Positions 48,479 to 59,800 of a DNA stretch of 64,000 nt are shown here, piece after piece. The position numbers and the translations under genes were made by a program. This DNA comes from Chthoniobacteraceae bacterium (GTDB lineage: Bacteria; Verrucomicrobiota; Verrucomicrobiia; Chthoniobacterales; Chthoniobacteraceae). The stretch spans positions 1 through 64,000 of the forward strand of contig JANNXQ010000012.1 of the NCBI GenBank assembly GCA_031409655.1, read 5' to 3'. Position 1 is the stretch's first letter; every line of letters starts with the position of its first letter. The notes under the pieces are model-generated. The model did not search any database. It was given only the letters and a program-made list of their open reading frames with translations, and was not told the origin of the DNA.

Positions 48479-49039
48479 ATGAAAACCCATATCCTCTGCG
48501 CCGGCCTGGTCCTGGCCACTCAAGGCCTGCTCTCTGCACTCGATCTGACGCCCATCCAGAGCTTCCGGGAACTGGAAGGAATCAAGATCCCGATGGTTCG
48601 GTTTAGCGATGGTTCCCGCAGCGTGACTTTTCAACCGCCGTCGCAATGGCGCGTCAGTGGTGGTGGTGATCGCGTCCAGATTCTTCCCTCGGAGTTTCAG
48701 CGCGCCTTGTTTCAGCTTCACGTCTGCGAGCGGCCGGAGGTTTCGGCGGGGCAGGAAGAGGATCTCGGCAAGTGGACCCTGAGTCTTCTTCCAGACGGTG
48801 CCGAGGAAGTGGTGCCGAAAGGTGAGGCCGTGGGGCAGTTCACGCTCGGCGCAGTCCCGAGTAATGAGCGGACTTACTCATGCAATCTCGGCGGCCGTCC
48901 GAGTACGGTGTCAGTGGCGTGGGTGGATCTTGGGGAGAAAGAGCGTCTGGCGGTGCTGGTGATCGCCAGCGACAAGGATTTCAAGGCAGTCCATGAAGAG
49001 GCGATCCGCAGCCTCTTCAGTTGGAGTTGGAGCGACTGA
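48479..49039 (+). CDS. Hypothetical secreted protein
   Basis: Signal peptide MKTHILCAGLVLATQGLLSA; 6 nt downstream of the pilin cassette. Confidence 0.7.
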   Translation: MKTHILCAGLVLATQGLLSALDLTPIQSFRELEGIKIPMVRFSDGSRSVTFQPPSQWRVSGGGDRVQILPSEFQRALFQLHVCERPEVSAGQEEDLGKWTLSLLPDGAEEVVPKGEAVGQFTLGAVPSNERTYSCNLGGRPSTVSVAWVDLGEKERLAVLVIASDKDFKAVHEEAIRSLFSWSWSD

Positions 49040-49062
49040 GCGTTCTCCGATTCCCGACAAAT

Positions 49063-49839
49063 CTATGGTGCTGGCAGGGCCGCGGGCGGGATGGGGCTCG
49101 GGGTGCCGGAGAAATTGCGCATGAGTTCAATGTGGCCGCTGAAGTCTTCGACGAGGGCAGAGTTACTCTCCACCCAGTCGCCACTGTTGAGATATTCCAC
49201 TCCGTCGATCATGCGTATGCACGGTGAGTGGATGTGGCCGCAGACGACGCCATCCACTTGATCGGTGCGGGAGTAACGGACGATCGTCTCTTCAAACTTC
49301 CCGATAAAATTCACCGCGACTTTGACCCGCTGTTTGGCGTAGGCGCTCAAGGACCAATAGCCGAGACCGAAAACGCGGCGCGCCCAATTCAGGGGATGAT
49401 TGAGGCGGAGCAACAGGTTGTAGCCAAAGTCGCCGAGATGGGCGAGCCAGCGGATGTTTTGCACGACGGCATCAAGCTCATGGCCGTGGATGACGAGCAG
49501 GCGCCGACCATCTGCCGTTTCGTGGATGGCGCGAGGTTCGATGGTCACAGCCCCAAAATCGCCAATGAATCCGGCGACGAACTCGTCGTGGTTGCCCGGG
49601 ATGTAGATGATGCGGGTGCCTTTTCTGCCCGCGCGGAGGAGTTTCTGGATGACGTCGTTGTGGGCCTGCGGCCAGTAGATGTTGCGGCGGAGTTGCCATA
49701 CATCGATGAGATCGCCGACGACATAGAGAGTCTCAAATTCGTTCAGGCGGAGGAATTCGAGCAGTGCTTCCGCTTTGCTCCCGCGGGTGCCGAGGTGGAC
49801 ATCCGAAATCCAACCGGTGCGATGGCATTTTGGCGACAT
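49063..49839 (-). CDS. Calcineurin-like metallophosphoesterase, LpxH-like/PlcP-type
   Basis: WISDVHLGT, YVVGDLIDVW, YWPQAHNDVIQKLLR, PGNHDE, VIHG, VCGHIH, YLNSGDWVES. Confidence 0.85.
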   Translation of the reverse strand: MSPKCHRTGWISDVHLGTRGSKAEALLEFLRLNEFETLYVVGDLIDVWQLRRNIYWPQAHNDVIQKLLRAGRKGTRIIYIPGNHDEFVAGFIGDFGAVTIEPRAIHETADGRRLLVIHGHELDAVVQNIRWLAHLGDFGYNLLLRLNHPLNWARRVFGLGYWSLSAYAKQRVKVAVNFIGKFEETIVRYSRTDQVDGVVCGHIHSPCIRMIDGVEYLNSGDWVESNSALVEDFSGHIELMRNFSGTPSPIPPAALPAP

Positions 49840-50242
49840 GATGATCTAAAGGGCGGATGGGTGGGCATTTGTCAAAGAATCCCCGGCCCGAGGTTTCAGA
49901 TTTTACATGTCTGTCACAATGAAGCCACCCGATCCGCGCATTAAACGTGCTCTATGGGGCGCCATGCAATCGACAGCCTGTAAGGTTCCCCCACAAAGCG
50001 AGACCCGCCCGCGTTGCGCACGGAGTCGGCGCAGAGTCGTGTCGGAGGTGCTGCGCGCGGCCTATCGGCAGCACGTTCGCGACCGCTTCACGCGCATCGC
50101 GGTGAAGCAGGCGCTCGGCTAGGCGCACGGGTCACAAACCGGAGCGACTCGCTCCGCTTCCGCTGCGCGGAGGGCAAATGTTCACAAAAACCGAGTTGAC
50201 GACCAGAGGCACAGTCGTAAGCGTTTTTTCACTCCCGTTCCT

Positions 50243-50572
50243 GTGAAAAAAGAAGCCGCCAGTAAATCGACCGCCGATCTCCAGTATCAGCCTGTTGCTC
50301 AAGAGCTGGGCTTTCTGCGCAAGACGATGCGCGAACTCGTGGGCGCGTACTCCGATCAATTGGAAGGCGAGATCGCGGCCCTGGCTTCTGGGGTGAAAGC
50401 GGATGCGGAGGGGAAGAAAGTGGTCCCTTCGTCGAGGGCGCACGATTTGCGCGACATGCTCTCCTTGCTCCGCAGTCTCGAGGTGAAGCCGGCCAAAGGT
50501 CGGCGGCGCGACCTCAAGAAAGTCGAGGTCCTGGTGGAAGACCTACAGCGCATCGTAGAGCGTTGGGCCTAG
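50243..50572 (+). CDS. Hypothetical helical protein
   Basis: 109 aa, coherent amphipathic sequence with VKPAKGRRRDLKKVE motif; GTG start. Confidence 0.65.
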   Translation: MKKEAASKSTADLQYQPVAQELGFLRKTMRELVGAYSDQLEGEIAALASGVKADAEGKKVVPSSRAHDLRDMLSLLRSLEVKPAKGRRRDLKKVEVLVEDLQRIVERWA

Positions 50573-50590
50573 CGGCAGCGGTTCCTTTCC

Positions 50591-51382
50591 TCAATCAACC
50601 GCGACGTAGAAAGGCGGCACGCGTTTGAACATGCTCTGTACATAGGGTGCGTCCGTCTCGTCGAGCAGGCCAAGTTCGACGAGGTCGATGTTTTTGGGCG
50701 CGGTGCCGGCGACCAGCCGCAGATCGTGGAAAATGGCGTCGTCGCGCGGATCCATGAGGACGAGCACCTGATAGTGTCGTCCCCCGGTCGGCAGTTTCTC
50801 GCCGCCCGGCACCCCGAAAATCCAGGCGGCGCGAAATTCACGGTGGCGCCGGAAAAGTTCGAAGAGGCGCTGCACGAGGGCGGTCGGGAAATCCGCGGGA
50901 TCAATGTGTTTGAGCGTGCCGGTGCGCGACTCGTCGTTGGCCAGGGGGTGCGGTTTCAGCGCGGTGCCGTTCCCCAGATCGCGCAGCAGTTCCGGGGAAA
51001 GGGTGATCTCGCCAGTGGCGCAACTCTTATTCAATACTGCGCGCAATCCGGCTCCGCCCAGGATCGTCAGGACCTGCTCCGCCTCCATGGCTCCCGCGGA
51101 ATAGGTGCGCGGAGGGACCTTGCCTTTCTCCAAACCTTCCTCGACGCGATCCTCAGACGAAAACAGCGGGACGACCGGGCCATGCGCATCCTGCAATTGC
51201 ACGAAAGGAAGCGGCATTCCCACTCTGAGTTCCATCATCTCGCCCTCGATCTCGGGATGATACCGGACCAGGAACCAAAGCTCGCCCTCGATCAGTTGTC
51301 GGAAGAGATCCGGCATCGCTGCCTGGCTGCGGATCGCTGCCATGATGGCGCGGTCAAGATCGTTCGTTGGAGAAAAGGCCAT
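50591..51382 (-). CDS. SseB-family protein (N- and C-terminal SseB-like domains)
   Basis: NDLDRAI, VVPLFSSEDR, AVLN, C-terminal ..FRAAWIF...PPFY pattern. Start ATG 51382. Confidence 0.7.
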   Translation of the reverse strand: MAFSPTNDLDRAIMAAIRSQAAMPDLFRQLIEGELWFLVRYHPEIEGEMMELRVGMPLPFVQLQDAHGPVVPLFSSEDRVEEGLEKGKVPPRTYSAGAMEAEQVLTILGGAGLRAVLNKSCATGEITLSPELLRDLGNGTALKPHPLANDESRTGTLKHIDPADFPTALVQRLFELFRRHREFRAAWIFGVPGGEKLPTGGRHYQVLVLMDPRDDAIFHDLRLVAGTAPKNIDLVELGLLDETDAPYVQSMFKRVPPFYVAVD

Positions 51383-51619
51383 GGGTCGAGATGGGCTCGG
51401 GGCGATCTTTCTACGACCGGATTTCAGAGGCAACACTGCTCTTCGACGGATCATGGTCACCATCGGCGGCGGTCGGGGGTCTTGAGAGTATGACTTTGCC
51501 GTCCTTCAAAAACCCTCTTGCCAACCCCGGTGCTCTCTTTCAGCTTGCACGCCCTCGAAAGGAAAAGCCCCTGCGCGTGCTCCGGGGCCCGATCTTCGTA
51601 AAACTGTTGTAATTACTTC

Positions 51620-54121
51620 ATGGCCAAGACTCTCGTTATCGCGGAAAAGCCCAGTGTCGCCGCTGATTTGGCCAAAGTGCTGGGGCGTTGTAAGAAGGAG
51701 ACCGACTACTACGAGAGCGATCAGTATGTGATCTCGTCGGCGGTCGGCCATCTGCTCGAACTCGCCCCGCCGGAGGGCTTTGAGCCCGCCCGGGGGAAGT
51801 GGAATATCGAGAATCTGCCGTCGCTGCCGCCCGAGTTTGCGCTCGTGCCGATCGAGAAAAATGTGAATCGGCTAAACGTCCTGAAGCGACTGCTGAAGCG
51901 GAAGGATGTGGATGAAGTCATCGATGCGTGCGACGCCGGGCGTGAGGGGGAACTCATTTTCCGCAATGTGATGCGACATACGGGCTGCAAGAAGCCGAGC
52001 AAGCGGCTGTGGCTCCAGTCGATGACCCCGGACGCCATCCGGACGGCTTTCAGTAATCTGCGGAGCGATGAGGAAATGCGGCCGCTGTCGGACGCGGCGA
52101 CTTCCCGGAGCGAGTCGGACTGGCTGGTCGGGATCAATTCCACGCGCGCCCTCACGGCCTTTAATACGAAGGCGATGGGCGGCTTTCAGAAGACCACCGC
52201 TGGGCGGGTGCAGACGCCGACGCTGGCGATCCTCGTGGAGCGGGAGGAGCGCATCCGGGCGTTTAAGGCGAAGACGTATTTTGAGGTCTATGGCGACTTT
52301 GGTGTAGATGCGGGGAGTTATCGCGGGCGCTGGTTTGACGATAAATTTACGAAGAAGACGGGAGAAGAGGAAGGTAAGGCGGAGCGCATCTGGGAGAAGG
52401 CCAAGGCAGAAACGATCAAGGCAAAGTGCGATGGAAAGCCGGGCACGATCACGGAGGAAAAGAAGCCGACCTCGCAGATCAGTCCGCAGCTCTACGACCT
52501 CACGACTTTGCAGCGGGAGGCAAATCAGCGGTTCGGTTTCCCGGCCCGGATGACGCTCCAGATCGCCCAGGCGCTCTACGAGAAGCACAAGGTGCTGACC
52601 TATCCGCGGACGGACTCGCGTTATCTGCCGGAGGATCACGTGGCGACGGCGAAGGAGGTGATGACGAGCTTCGACGATGTCTCACTTTCGACCCACGCGA
52701 CGAAGGCGCTCCAGCAGGGCTGGGTGAAGCCGAACAAGCGCATCTTCAATAATGCGAAGGTGAGTGATCACTTTGCCATCGTGCCGACAGGCACCTCGGC
52801 GAAGAGTCTGGACGAGAAGGAGCACAAAATTTTCGACATGGTCGCGCGCCGCTTTATCGCGGTGTTTTTCCCGGCGGCACAGTTTGAGGTGACGACGCGG
52901 ATCACGACAGTGGAGGCGGAGAAATTTAAGACTGATGGGAAGGTGATCGTCGATCCGGGCTGGCTCGCGGTCTATGGCCGGCAGGCGGAAGGCGATGGGG
53001 AGAATGACCGGGCCATCGTGCCGATCCGGGCGGGCGAGACGGCGCGCACCGAAGGGATCGAGATCAGGGAATGCGAGACGAAGCCGCCGGCGCGTTTTTC
53101 CGAAGCGACGCTGCTCTCCGCGATGGAAGGCGCGGGCAAACTCGTCGATGACGAGGAACTGCGCGAAGCGATGGCCGAGCGCGGGCTCGGCACACCCGCG
53201 ACGCGGGCGCAGACCATTGAGGGGTTGATTTACGAGGGCTATCTCTTGCGGCAGGGTCGGGAGCTTTTTGTGACGGCGAAGGGGATGTCGCTCATCACGC
53301 TGCTGCGCAATGTGCAGGCAGAAGCGCTGACCAAGCCGGAACTCACTGGCGAATGGGAGCACAAGCTCCGGCGGATGGAGCGCGGCGAGCTTTCGCGCGA
53401 TGTCTTCATGGGCGAGATCCGCAAGCTCACGACGGAGATCGTGGAGAAAGTGCGCAAGGGCATCGGTCAGGAAGTGCATGGGACCTTTGAGGCGCTGGCG
53501 GTGAAGTGTCCGCGCTGCGCCGAGGGGCCGTTCAAGGAAACCTTCCGCGCATTTGAGTGTCCGGGCTGCAAGCTCATCGTCTGGAAGACCATGGCGGGGC
53601 GGGAATTTGAGCGCGAGGAAGTGCTGAAGCTCCTGACGGAGAAGCGCGTCGGGCCGCTGGAGAATTTTCGGAGCAAACTCGGGCGCACCTTTTCCGCGAC
53701 GGTCATTTTCGACGAGCAGGAGTGGAAGCAGAAGTTCGACTTCGACAAAGGCGACGGTTCGGACAAACCGAACGGCGGGCTGGACATCACCCAAGCAAAG
53801 GCGCTCGGCGAATCGCCGGCGGGCGCAGTGTACGAAACGGACGCTGCCTACTTCTGCGTGCCGGCTGATCCGAAGGGGAAGACCGTCCGCATGGGCAAGC
53901 TGATCCTGCAAAAACACATCCCGCCAGAGCAGGCGTTGAAACTTTTCCGCGAAGGTAAGACGGACTTGCTTCCCCGCTTCATCTCGAAGAAGGGCAAGCC
54001 ATTTGCCGCGCATCTGAAGCTCGAAGGAGACAAGGTCGGCTTTGAGTTTGCGCCGCGGGCGCCGAAGAAGCCCGCGAAGTCGAAGAAGCCTCCTGAGGCC
54101 CCGGCTGAGGAAGCGGCCTAA
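51620..54121 (+). CDS. topB: DNA topoisomerase III (type IA)
   Basis: LVIAEKPSVA, ACDAGREGELIF, GINSTRA, AGRVQTPTL, LTYPRTDS (catalytic Tyr), GLGTPATRA, CPRC/CPGC and C-terminal repeats. Confidence 0.92.
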   Translation: MAKTLVIAEKPSVAADLAKVLGRCKKETDYYESDQYVISSAVGHLLELAPPEGFEPARGKWNIENLPSLPPEFALVPIEKNVNRLNVLKRLLKRKDVDEVIDACDAGREGELIFRNVMRHTGCKKPSKRLWLQSMTPDAIRTAFSNLRSDEEMRPLSDAATSRSESDWLVGINSTRALTAFNTKAMGGFQKTTAGRVQTPTLAILVEREERIRAFKAKTYFEVYGDFGVDAGSYRGRWFDDKFTKKTGEEEGKAERIWEKAKAETIKAKCDGKPGTITEEKKPTSQISPQLYDLTTLQREANQRFGFPARMTLQIAQALYEKHKVLTYPRTDSRYLPEDHVATAKEVMTSFDDVSLSTHATKALQQGWVKPNKRIFNNAKVSDHFAIVPTGTSAKSLDEKEHKIFDMVARRFIAVFFPAAQFEVTTRITTVEAEKFKTDGKVIVDPGWLAVYGRQAEGDGENDRAIVPIRAGETARTEGIEIRECETKPPARFSEATLLSAMEGAGKLVDDEELREAMAERGLGTPATRAQTIEGLIYEGYLLRQGRELFVTAKGMSLITLLRNVQAEALTKPELTGEWEHKLRRMERGELSRDVFMGEIRKLTTEIVEKVRKGIGQEVHGTFEALAVKCPRCAEGPFKETFRAFECPGCKLIVWKTMAGREFEREEVLKLLTEKRVGPLENFRSKLGRTFSATVIFDEQEWKQKFDFDKGDGSDKPNGGLDITQAKALGESPAGAVYETDAAYFCVPADPKGKTVRMGKLILQKHIPPEQALKLFREGKTDLLPRFISKKGKPFAAHLKLEGDKVGFEFAPRAPKKPAKSKKPPEAPAEEAA

Positions 54122-54126
54122 CTCCT

Positions 54127-54251
54127 GGGAGCGCCGCCGTCCCGTGCGGCATCCTGATTTTCCGCGCGAAGCGTCTCGCTTGCTAGAAGACCGAAATGAA
54201 TTCGGCGCTGCGCGCCGCACACGGATTGCCGCACGGGACGGAGGCGCTCCC
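54127..54251. repeat. REP/REPIN-like inverted-repeat element between convergent topB and murA
   Basis: gggagcgccgccgtcccgtgcggca (54127-54151) and tgccgcacgggacggaggcgctccc (54227-54251) are reverse complements at 24/25 positions; 75-bp spacer. Confidence 0.85.
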
Positions 54252-54253
54252 GG

Positions 54254-55513
54254 CTAGGCCTTCACCCGTTCGATGTGCGCGCCGAGGCCGTTGAGTTTTT
54301 CGTCAATGGACTCGTAACCGCGGTCGATGTGATAGACGCGGTTCACTTCGGTGACGCCTTCCGCTTGCAAGCCGGCGAGCACCAAGGCCGCAGACGCGCG
54401 AAGGTCGCTGGCCATCACGGGCGCGCCGCTCATGCGCTCGACGCCTTTGATGATCGCAGTCGGGCCGTTCAGCGAAATATCGGCGCCCATGCGCTTGAGT
54501 TCCGAGACGTGCATGTAGCGCTGCGGGAAGATCGTCTCCGTGATGACGCTGATGCCGCCGGTCTTTGAAAGGAGCGCACACATTTGCGCCTGCATGTCGG
54601 TGGGGAAGCCGGGATAGGGCTCGGTCGTAAGTTCGAGCGATTTGGTGGCGCCATTGCCGCTGATCGTCACGCTGTCACCGTCGATGGAAATGACATAACC
54701 CGACCGCCTCAGCGCATCGATGACCGAGGTCAGGTGGCTCGCGTCCACGCGGCGCAGCTTCACGTCCTGCCCGGCGATCGCGCCGGCGGCGAGGAAAGTG
54801 CCGGCTTCGATGCGATCGGGGATGACTTCGTGCTCGGCCCCGTGCAACTCCTTGACGCCTTCGATGAGGATGCGTCGCGTGCCCGCGCCTTCGATCTTGG
54901 CCCCCATCTTGTTCAGGAAATTAGCAAGGTCCACGACCTCCGGTTCGGCGGCCGCGCTCTCGATCACCGTCAAGCCATCCGCGAGCACTGCGGCCATCAT
55001 CACGTTATCCGTGCCGAGGACGGTGGGCCCTTGTTTTCCGCGCAGATTGATCACGCCGCCTTTGAGTTCACCGGCGAAGACTTTCACATTCCCGGCGTCG
55101 ATCCGGTGCGCGGCGCCGAGCGCCTCGAAGCCTTTCAAATGCAAATCGATTGGACGATCGCCGATGATGCAGCCACCCGGAAGCGAGACCGTCGCTTCTT
55201 TTTCCCGGCCGAGCAGCGGACCGAGCACGCAGACGGACGCCCGCATTTTCCGGACGATTTCGTAAGGCGCTTCTGTGATGATTTTCTCCGCCTGCACGGT
55301 GACGGTGCCGCTGGCCCGCTCCACCTGCGCGCCGAGATGCGAGAGGATCTGCAGCATATAGTGGATGTCGCTGAGGTCCGGCACGTGATGGACGACGCAT
55401 TGCTCTTTGGTGAGCAGCGTGGCGGCGAGGATCGGCAGCGCGGAGTTTTTTGAGCCGCTGATGCGGACGCTGCCGCTGAGTTTTTTGCCGCCGTGAACGA
55501 GAATCTTATCCAT
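54254..55513 (-). CDS. murA: UDP-N-acetylglucosamine 1-carboxyvinyltransferase
   Basis: [63 protein letters not shown]. Confidence 0.97.
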   Translation of the reverse strand: MDKILVHGGKKLSGSVRISGSKNSALPILAATLLTKEQCVVHHVPDLSDIHYMLQILSHLGAQVERASGTVTVQAEKIITEAPYEIVRKMRASVCVLGPLLGREKEATVSLPGGCIIGDRPIDLHLKGFEALGAAHRIDAGNVKVFAGELKGGVINLRGKQGPTVLGTDNVMMAAVLADGLTVIESAAAEPEVVDLANFLNKMGAKIEGAGTRRILIEGVKELHGAEHEVIPDRIEAGTFLAAGAIAGQDVKLRRVDASHLTSVIDALRRSGYVISIDGDSVTISGNGATKSLELTTEPYPGFPTDMQAQMCALLSKTGGISVITETIFPQRYMHVSELKRMGADISLNGPTAIIKGVERMSGAPVMASDLRASAALVLAGLQAEGVTEVNRVYHIDRGYESIDEKLNGLGAHIERVKA

Positions 55514-56333
55514 AGGTTGCGAAGAGGAATCGGTGGCGACCTTGGTAGTCGCTCACAGTGCGGATGTCTTGGAAATTGTGGGCCGCGAGTTCGGCGGTGA
55601 GCGGCGCGGATTGATCGTGGCCGATTTCCAGAGCGAGCCGGCCGCGCAAATGTTTCGGGGCTTCGGCGATGAGTCGGCGGAGAAGTTCGAGGCCGTCAGT
55701 GCCGCCGTCGAGTGCGCTGAGCGGATCGTGCTGAACTTCACGGGCGAGCGTCGGGATGATCGCGGAGTCGATGTAGGGCAGATTTGCGACGATGAGATCG
55801 TACTCCCCCTCGACTCCCGCGAGAAGGTCGCTACGGAAAAAGCGCACGCGATTGGCGAAACCGAGGCGTTCCGCATTTTCCGCAGCCAGGGCTAGCGCGT
55901 CTTCCGAGAGATCGACTGCTTCCACCTGCGTCTCTGGCCACGGCGCGGCGAGGGTGAGCGCGATGACGCCGCTCCCTGTGCCGACGTCGAGGAGGCGGCG
56001 CGGATGGCTATCGGCGAGGACGAGTTCGCAAAGCTGCTCCGTCTCGGGCCGGGGGATGAGAGCGCGTCGATCGCAGGCAAAGGTGCGTCCGCAAAACTCC
56101 ACGGTCCCGAGCAAATGCTGCAAAGGCTCACCCGCCGCGCGCCTTTTCACCAAGCCGCGCAAAGGCTCCAGCGCAGTCTCCTCGAGCGCGCGATCGAATT
56201 GCAGGTAAAGCTCCATCCGCTTCTGACCGAGTACGTGGGCGAGCAGGTGCTCGATATTCAGCCGGGCATTTTCGACCCCGCTTTTTTGAAAGTAAGCGGT
56301 GGTGGCCTGGATGACCTCGAGGACGGTTTTCAT
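55506..56333 (-). CDS. prmC: Release factor glutamine methyltransferase
   Basis: [36 protein letters not shown] (NPPY-like), ALDGG.DG, EIG.DQ. Confidence 0.93.
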   Translation of the reverse strand: MKTVLEVIQATTAYFQKSGVENARLNIEHLLAHVLGQKRMELYLQFDRALEETALEPLRGLVKRRAAGEPLQHLLGTVEFCGRTFACDRRALIPRPETEQLCELVLADSHPRRLLDVGTGSGVIALTLAAPWPETQVEAVDLSEDALALAAENAERLGFANRVRFFRSDLLAGVEGEYDLIVANLPYIDSAIIPTLAREVQHDPLSALDGGTDGLELLRRLIAEAPKHLRGRLALEIGHDQSAPLTAELAAHNFQDIRTVSDYQGRHRFLFATYG

Positions 56334-56451
56334 GGAGCGCGCTGTTTTAGCGGCGAGTGCCAGTGGGAGCAAACGATACGGACGGAGGTGGGCCGAAAAG
56401 CGAGATATGGAAATTATAGATCAGGCACGCCTCTTGCATCAAGAAGGGTGC

Positions 56452-56781
56452 ATGAGCGCCTTTCCACAAAGCGCCTTGCAGTCCGGCCGATCTCCCATCG
56501 ACCCGCCTGCAAAGCCGCCGCGCGAAATTTTACCCGACCACAGCGGGCGCCGGGGCGCGGTGGTGCGCACGGATGCGGAGGCCGAGTATGCCGCGGTCTT
56601 CGGCGCTTTCGGTATCGTGCAGCAAGCGAAGGAAGGCTTCATCGCCGCGCGCTTCAGCCCGAATCAGCCGTTGCGGATGAAGCGCCTGAGCAATGCCCGG
56701 CGGGAACTGCCGATGCCTTACGCGGAGGTGGCGTGCGTTTTCTACTCCGCCACTCATTTCGAGAATTCGCTCGCGGCCTGA
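56452..56781 (+). CDS. Hypothetical protein
   Basis: Open frame filling the prmC-kinase gap with plausible codon usage; no recognised motif; start uncertain. Confidence 0.45.
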   Translation: MSAFPQSALQSGRSPIDPPAKPPREILPDHSGRRGAVVRTDAEAEYAAVFGAFGIVQQAKEGFIAARFSPNQPLRMKRLSNARRELPMPYAEVACVFYSATHFENSLAA

Positions 56782-56850
56782 GTGGGTCGCCGATGTTTGG
56801 ATTGCGGCGCACTTTCACGCCGCAATCTGCCGCCACCGCCGCTCGCGAGA

Positions 56851-59800
56851 TTAGCTCTGGAGCACGGACTTTGGCTGGCGCGGCAGCGCGAGGACTTCCG
56901 TGACCTTCCGGCACATGGCGTCGATCGGGTAGGGCTTCGCCAGCATGCCGGTGAAGCCGAAGTCCTGGTAGCGGCTGATCACGGGATCATTGGCATAGCC
57001 GCTCGAGACGATCGCGCGCACTTCCGGGTCGATTTCGCAGAGGCGCTTGATGGTCTCCTGGCCACCCATGCCGCCCGGGATGGTGAGATCCGAGATGACG
57101 AGGTCGAAGGTCTTCCCTTCTTTCATCGCGGCGTCGTAAGCGGCAACGGTGTCCTTGCCATCGCGGGTGATCGTCACCTGGTGTCCAAGATCCTCGAGCG
57201 CGTATTGGATGACCATGCAGATCGCCTCCTCGTCATCGAGGATGAGCACGCGAGCTGGCGTCTCCGCGACTGGCGGTGGCGGGAGTGGAGCGCTGGGCAG
57301 TTCCCTTTCCGACGCCGGCAGGTAGGTCGTGAATGCGGAGCCCATGCCGGGTTCGGACTCGAGCACGATCGAGCTGCCGTGATTGCGGATGATGCGGTGC
57401 GCCGTGGCGAGGCCGAGTCCAGCGCCCTTCGGTTTTGTGGTGAAATAGGGATCGAAAATTTTCTGCTGGTACTCCTCCGGAATGCCGATGCCTTCATCGC
57501 GGATGGAGACGCGCACCCAGCGTCCGGCGCGCAGCATGAGGTCCGGTTCGTCGTCCCCCAGTTCGAGATTTTCGGCCACGACGCGGATCGTGCCTCCGGC
57601 GGGCATAGCCTGATCGGCATTGAGGACGAGGTGATGGATGACCTGGCTCAACTGTCCAGGATCGGCATCCACTGGCCAGAGATTGTCGGGAAAGGTGGAT
57701 TCGCACCAGGCCTTGGATCCCTGAAGCGTGCAGGCCACGGTGTCGCGGATGAGCTGGGCGATCGAAATGGTCTGGAGCACCGGTGCGCCGCCTTTGGCAA
57801 AGGGCAGGAGTTGTTGCGCGAGTTCCTGGGCCCGCGCCGTGGCTTTCCCTGCTTCCTCCAGTTGCAGCCGGCTGCGTTCGCTGAGGCCTGGCGACTTGAG
57901 GACGAGCGAGACATTCCCCACAATCATGGTGAGGATGTTATTAAAATCGTGCGCGATCCCGCCGGCGAGGAGGCCGAGCGACTCGAGCTTCTCGGCTTTT
58001 TGCTGCTCCTCGGCGGCCCGCATTTTTTCGGTGACGTCGCGGAAGACGATCACGACGCCCTCTTTCCGGTTCGACTTGTTGCGGATGGGGGAAGTCGAGC
58101 ACTCCACGAGGCGTTCGTCCCCGGCGCTCGAGACGAGGATCGCCGGGTAGTTGATGTCTTCCGAAGTGCCGGTCTCGACGATCCGCGCGAGCGCGTGCTG
58201 GCAGCGTTTGCGCGTCCTTTCATGGAGCAGGTGGAAGATCTCGTAGAGCGGCTTCCCGATGGCGCGGGTTTGTGACAGACCGATGAGCTGTTCGGCCACG
58301 GCATTCAGCATGAGCACGTTGCCCTCGTTGTTCGTCGTGATGAATCCTTCACCAATCGAGCGCAGGGTCACCGCGAGTCGTTCCTTCTCCGCGGCGAGAT
58401 CTTCCTCAATGCGCTTGCGCACAATCTCCGCACCGGCCCGCGCGCCGATGATTTGGAGCGCCGATTCGATGACCTGCGTTTCCCCGAGCGGCTTGCGATC
58501 AATGACGCCGATGAGGCCGATCGTGCGCTGATTTTGATCCACAAGCGGCATGCCGACGAAGCTTTCGGCACCGAGGGTCTCGAGGATGGCATCCTCCGGA
58601 AACTTTGCGCGGACGCTGCTGGGGTAAATGCGGAAGCCTTTGTTGAGGGATTCGCCGCACGCGGTGTTGGCGAGATTCTCCTGCGAGGTCCGCTGGATCA
58701 CGCCCTTGGTGGCCAGGGTGAGATTGGTGGTCGCCTCCTCGCCCCGCCCAGTCATCTCGACGAGGAAGGCGAACTCTTGATCGAGTGCTTTCGAGAGCTC
58801 TTTGAGCAGCGAGCGCACGAACTCTTCGCCCGTCGCGGAGGACACGCCGAGGCCGATGTGTTTCAGCGTGTCTTCCGAACGGCTGCGCTCGGTGACGTCG
58901 CGGATGATCGCGACGAATTGCTTGCGCGTGCCGACGAGCATTTCGCTCAGGGAAATCTCGATCGGGAAGGGGTAGTAACCTTGCCGCTGCCCGATCGCCA
59001 TCATCGCGCCGCGGCTCAGGCCATTCATGTCGTGGAGGAGATGCCGCTGCGGGATCAGCGTCGAAATGTTTTGTCCGACCATGGCCTTCTCCTCTTGGAC
59101 GAAGATTTTCTCCGCAGCCGGATTCATCGAGAGGATCAGGCCGTGATCGTCCAGGGTGACGACCCCGTCGAGCGTGGTGAAAATGATGGCCCGCGTCTGC
59201 GCGTGGACCGCGTCGGATTTTTCGCGGTATTCGCGGAAGGATTTCCGACCCGTGACGGTGGCGGCAATGATGAAACCAATCGCCAGGACGGCGACGAGGG
59301 TGGCTCCGAGGGTCTGGATGGTTCGGGCGAGTTTCGTCGTCTGGCGGGCGGCTTCACTCGCGCCTTCATACTCTGCGAGAAGTTGTCCCGTGGAGGCGCG
59401 CAGACCGTCGAGGATCGGTTTGCCGGTATTTCGGGCAACGAGACTGGTCACTTCCTGGCTCCGTTTGCGGGCCTCAATCTCCGGGAGCGCTGCGGTGCTC
59501 AACCAGCGCTCCACCTCGCGCTCAAATCCGCGCACGGTGTCGTGGTGACCGTTCTTTTCGCGGAGCTGTGGGAGGAGTCGCAGGGTCGTCGCTTTGAGCG
59601 CCGCGGCAGCGTTGTGGAATGCTTCGAGTTGACCGCTTTGCCCGCCGAGAAGGTAGGCGTGCTGCGCTGCCTCCACCTTCGCCAGTGCGACCTCGAACTC
59701 CGCAAGATTGCGCATTGAGACGAGGGTGTCATTGCGGCGGCTTTCACTGGTCCGTTCGAGTTTGGCCACGAAAAGAGCGATCGCCGCGAGCACGACGATG

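Noticed and set aside
49919..50122. Small Arg-rich plus-strand ORF (MKPPDPRIKRALW...)
   Set aside because: No motif or RBS, and it starts immediately after the putative Pho box; coding status cannot be supported.
54254..55513. Possible fosfomycin-resistant MurA
   Set aside because: The active-site Cys is retained (LPGGC), so it is an ordinary MurA.
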